Positions 60,331 to 64,000 of a stretch of 64,000 nt of DNA are shown in pieces; the first letter of the stretch is position 1, and each line of letters opens with the position of its first letter. The notes under the pieces were generated by a model that saw nothing but the letters and a program-made list of their open reading frames with translations, was not told the DNA's origin and searched no databases. The position numbers were made by a program, and so were the translations under genes. Origin of the DNA: the human T2T-CHM13v2.0 reference genome, Homo sapiens; NCBI RefSeq assembly GCF_009914755.1, contig NC_060944.1; one strand, written 5' to 3'.

Positions 60331-61652
60331 TGACCCCATCTTGTTTTTTTTTGTTTTTTTTTTTTTTGAGAGGGAGTCTCACTCTGCCACCCAGGCTGGA
60401 GTGCAGTGGCGCAATCTCTGCTCACTGCACCCTCTGCCTCCCGGGTTCAGGCAATTCTCCTGCCTCAGCCTTCTGAGTAACTGGGATTACAGGTGTGCAC
60501 CACCACATCCGGCTAATTTTTGTATTTTTAGTAGACATGAGGTTTCACCATGTTGGTCAGGCTGGTATCAAACTCCTGACCTTGTGATCCACCTGCCTCG
60601 GCCTCCCAAAGTGCTGGGATTACAGGTGTGAGCCACACGCCTGGCCCCCATCTTGTTTTTAAACTCCAAACTGCCCTTGGTCACTCTTGAGTGTGGAGTG
60701 AGCTAACATTGGGAGAAATTTAGTTCATAGTTTAAAGGATAATGGCTCTTCCCTAAACTAAGCTGCTTTATAAAACTAATAAAAGGCCACAAGTTTAAGA
60801 TTATAAGAGGGGTCTGAATTCTGCTAAAATGTAGGCATAGTTAAATAATTACCAGCCATTGTTCTGGAAGTCACAACTTCCCCAGTTAGTCCTGTAAATA
60901 ACATCACTATTATAAAACTTAAGATTGGGGCCAGGCACGGTGGCTCATACCAGTACTCCCAGCACTTTGTGTGCCAAGGCAGAATTGCTTGAGTCCAGGA
61001 GTTCAAGACAGCCTGGGCAACATAGGGAGACCCCGTTTCTACAGAAAACAAAACAAAACAAAAATAGCAGTCATGGTGGTGCATGCCTGTGGTCCCAGCT
61101 ACCTGGGAGGCTGAGGCAGGAGGACTGCTTGTGCCTGGGTGGTAGAGGCTGCAGTGAGCCATGATCAACCACTGCACTCCAGCCTGGGTGACAGAGTGAG
61201 ACCCTGTCTCAAAACAAACAAACAAACAAACAAAAAACAAAACCAAAGAAACCAAAAAAACAAACAAAAAAAACCAAAAACCTAAGATTGGCCTTCCAAG
61301 ATATCTTTTCAGATTTTTGCATTTCTGACTACTAGGTAACTCCACTTGGATCAGCAACTCCTCTGTGGCCCTTACCCAGAAGCAGACTCAGTGCACAAGG
61401 ACTGTTTTCCACAGCCCTGTGATTGCATCCCCAACCAGTCGGCAGCACCCATTCCCTAGCCTCCTGCCTCCTATCCTTGAATAACCCTAGCCTTCAAATT
61501 TCGGGGGTGGTTGATTTGAGTAATAATAAAACTCCAGTCTCTTGCTTAGCCAACTCTAGGCATATTAAGCTCTTTCTCTATTGCAATTCTCCTGTTTTAA
61601 TAAATTGGCTCTATCTGGGCAGTGGGGAAGGAGAACCCACTGGGCAGTTATG
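60331..61652 (+). mobile_element. ERV1 solo LTR, LTR8-family, split by two Alus
   Basis: GCTAACATTGGGAGAAATTTAGTTCATAGTTTAAA; TGATTTGAGTAATAATAAAACTCCAGTCTC; CTCTTTCTCTATTGCAATTCTCCTG...GAACCCACTGGGCAGTTA. Confidence 0.87.
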
Positions 61653-61820
61653 TACCTATGTAAATGCATACTAAGAATTTTGGAGGCTGGGCACAGTGGT
61701 TCACACCTGTAATCCCAGTGCTTTGGGAGGCCCAGGCAGAAGGATGGCTTGAGCCCATGAGTTCAACACCAGCCTGGGCAACATAGTGAGATCTCATCTC
61801 TCCAAAAAAATTTTTTTTTA

Positions 61821-62000
<180 letters not shown>

Positions 62001-62087
62001 CTACCTAAAACCTATGACAGTGGTTACTTCAGGGGAAGGGCCTGAGATTGGGAACTGTAGTTGAAGGCTACTTCAGATTTACCTGGA

Positions 62088-62389
62088 ATGATTCTCAGCC
62101 AGGGGTGATTCTGCCCTTTTTTTTTTTTTCTTCCTTCTGCTTTTTGCAGAGCAGGGCTACCCCACAGGCAATGCGCCCGAAGTAGTTGATTCTGCTCTCT
62201 AGGGATATTGGGCAATGTCTGGAGATATTTTGGGTTATCACAAATGGTTGAGATGGGGGAGGGTGCTACTAGCATCCAGTGGGTCAAGGCCGGGGATACT
62301 GCAAAATAGTCCACAATGCTTAGCACAGCCCCCGCAACAAAGAATTATCCAGCCTAAAATGGCAATGGTGCTGAAATTGAGAACCCTGA
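62088..62389 (+). mobile_element. MER20 carrying a short retro-insert
   Basis: TTCTCAGCCAGGGGTGATTCTGCC...GGCAATGTCTGGAGATATTTTGGGTTATCACAA...TGAGAACCCTG. Confidence 0.9.
62118..62186 (-). pseudogene. 57-nt hairpin RNA retrocopy, LTR-R-like (MER41/MER4-group-like)
   Basis: TSD TGATTCTGCCCT/TGATTCTGCTCT (11/12); A tail; cleanly interrupts MER20. Confidence 0.7.
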
Positions 62390-62471
62390 TCTGGATCATT
62401 TTAACTTTTATAAGGAGATAGGATTCAAGTATTATTTGCATAATTTAAAAAGGGCTGAAAAAACAATGATG

Positions 62472-62536
62472 TGGCGGGGAGGAGTCTCTCTGAAACTATT
62501 TTGGTCTGGGAGGCTGCCTGATTAAAAAAAAAAAAA
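62472..62536 (+). pseudogene. 52-nt hairpin RNA retrocopy, LTR-R-like (MER57/MER51-like)
   Basis: GGAGTCTCTCTGAAACTATTTTGGTCTGGGAGGCTGCCTGATT plus A13; degenerate TSD AAAAAACAATGATG/AAAAGACAGGGATG (11/14). Confidence 0.6.
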
Positions 62537-62547
62537 GACAGGGATGC

Positions 62548-63383
62548 TGTGATCCACCGTCCACCTTCCCTTCCCTCTGCAGGACACAGCAGGTATTCCC
62601 CTAGCTGCCAGGAGTGTTAGCTGCTACTCCCTCACATTCTGATGAGTCCCTCTTCAGAAATTGCCCTGAGCTGAAGGAAGCTGCCTTGTTCAACAGCCTT
62701 TCTCCTTGAGAAGCCTCTGCACTGTTGACATCATGCTTTGTAGCAGGGGTTGGGGGAAGTGTCCTGTGCCCTGTAGGACACGTGGCAGCATTCCTGGCCT
62801 CTATCCACTAGATGCTAGCAGCCCCCTCTTTTTTTTTTTTTTTTTTTGAGAGAGTCTTGCTCTGTGCCCCAGGCCGGAGGGCAGTGGCATGATCTCGGCT
62901 CACTGCAACCTCTGCCTCCAGAGTTCAAGCAATTCAATTCTCCTGCCACAGCCTCCGAAGTAGCTGGGATTACAGGCGCGCACCACCATGCCCAGCTAAT
63001 TTTTGTATTTTTAGTAGAGGTGGGTTTCACCATGTTGGCCAGGCTGGACCCCTTCTCCTATTAAAATAACCAAAAATATCTCTGAACATCACCAAATATC
63101 CTCTGGGAGGCAAAATTCTCCCCCTCCCTGCATTAAGAACCACTGATGTACCCAGTGCCTGGTTAATACAGCAGCACAAAGGCCCAGCCCCCTGACCTCA
63201 GTTTGGAGTATCTCTGAGGGCCATCTCAGGCTTTGTTGAGATTGCATCATAAATTCCTCTCTTTACCCAATCCTCCTTCCCTCTCCCCATCATAGGTGTT
63301 GTTTTCCAGAGCATTCTCCAATAAATATTCTGGTGCAAATCTCCCTCCCAGAGACTGTTCCTTGGGGCCACTGACCCAAGACC
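62548..63383 (+). mobile_element. LTR16-like ERVL solo LTR containing an antisense MER20 (62720-63146), which contains an Alu
   Basis: CTCTGAGGGCCATC...GGCTTTGTTGAGATTGCATC...TAGGTGTTG...CTCCAATAAA...GCAAATCTCC...CAGAGACTG. Confidence 0.78.
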
Positions 63384-64000
63384 AAGACGAAGGCTTAGGG
63401 GGGTTAAGTGGCTTTTCAAAGGTCCCACAGCAGGCTGGATGTGGAGCTAAGACTGTGACCTTTCTCCTCACTCCACAATTGGTGCTCACAAGCATTGCGC
63501 TTCAAGGCCTTATTCTTGGGCTCTGCTGACCACAGCTATCTTTTTCTTTTTTTTTGAGACAGAGTCTCGCTCTGTTACCCAGGCTGGAGTGCAGTGGCAT
63601 GATCTCGGCTCACTGCAATCTCTGCCTCCTGTGTTCAAGTGATTCTCCTGACTCAACCTCCTGAGTAGCTGGGACTACAGGTGCCCGCCACCATTTCCTA
63701 CTAATTTTTGTATTTTTAATAGAGATGTTGCCCGCCTTGGCCTCCCAAAGTGCTGGCATTGCAGGAGGAGCCACTGCACCCGGTGCGCAACTATCCTTGA
63801 TCTCTAGAGGACTTTTCAACCCCCTTGCCTACCCCATGTGTATTTCTATAATAGAAGAAACAGAAGAAAAATTCATAGAATGTGCAACCCAGTGGCATGA
63901 ACTTCAGCCCTCTTCCTTTGTTGTTCTTAAGCAATATATCTTGTAGTTGTGCTTGTCTGCACCCTCTCAACTGGTTGACAGCCAGCAAGTTCAAACACAT

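Overview
Human non-coding genomic DNA; a human-specific AluYb8 fixes the species, but I cannot place the chromosome. I see no credible protein-coding exon. By hand count about 110-120 Alu segments cover roughly half the window and explain nearly all ORFs in the supplied track. They sit in an older substrate of L2, MIR, L1M, MaLR LTRs (MLT1C/J/K-like), ERV1 solo LTRs (MER34/39-like, LTR8-like), an ERVL LTR16-like element and hAT MITEs (MER53, MER20, MER5A, MER58A, MER63). Unique islands include a near-perfect CTCF site in a CpG-retaining patch (~18.5 kb) and several enhancer-like stretches. The most notable signal is four tiny (<100 bp) poly(A)-tailed, target-site-duplicated inserts with L1 retrotransposition hallmarks. 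One is a 29-nt 3' fragment of snoRNA U38B. Three look like very short ERV-LTR transcripts: one with a poly(A) signal, and two ~55-nt TAR-like hairpins tailed without a signal. The window also holds several local templated duplications and serially re-used Alu target sites. Repeat family names come from recalled consensus sequences, not a database search, and repeat boundaries are approximate unless bases are quoted.
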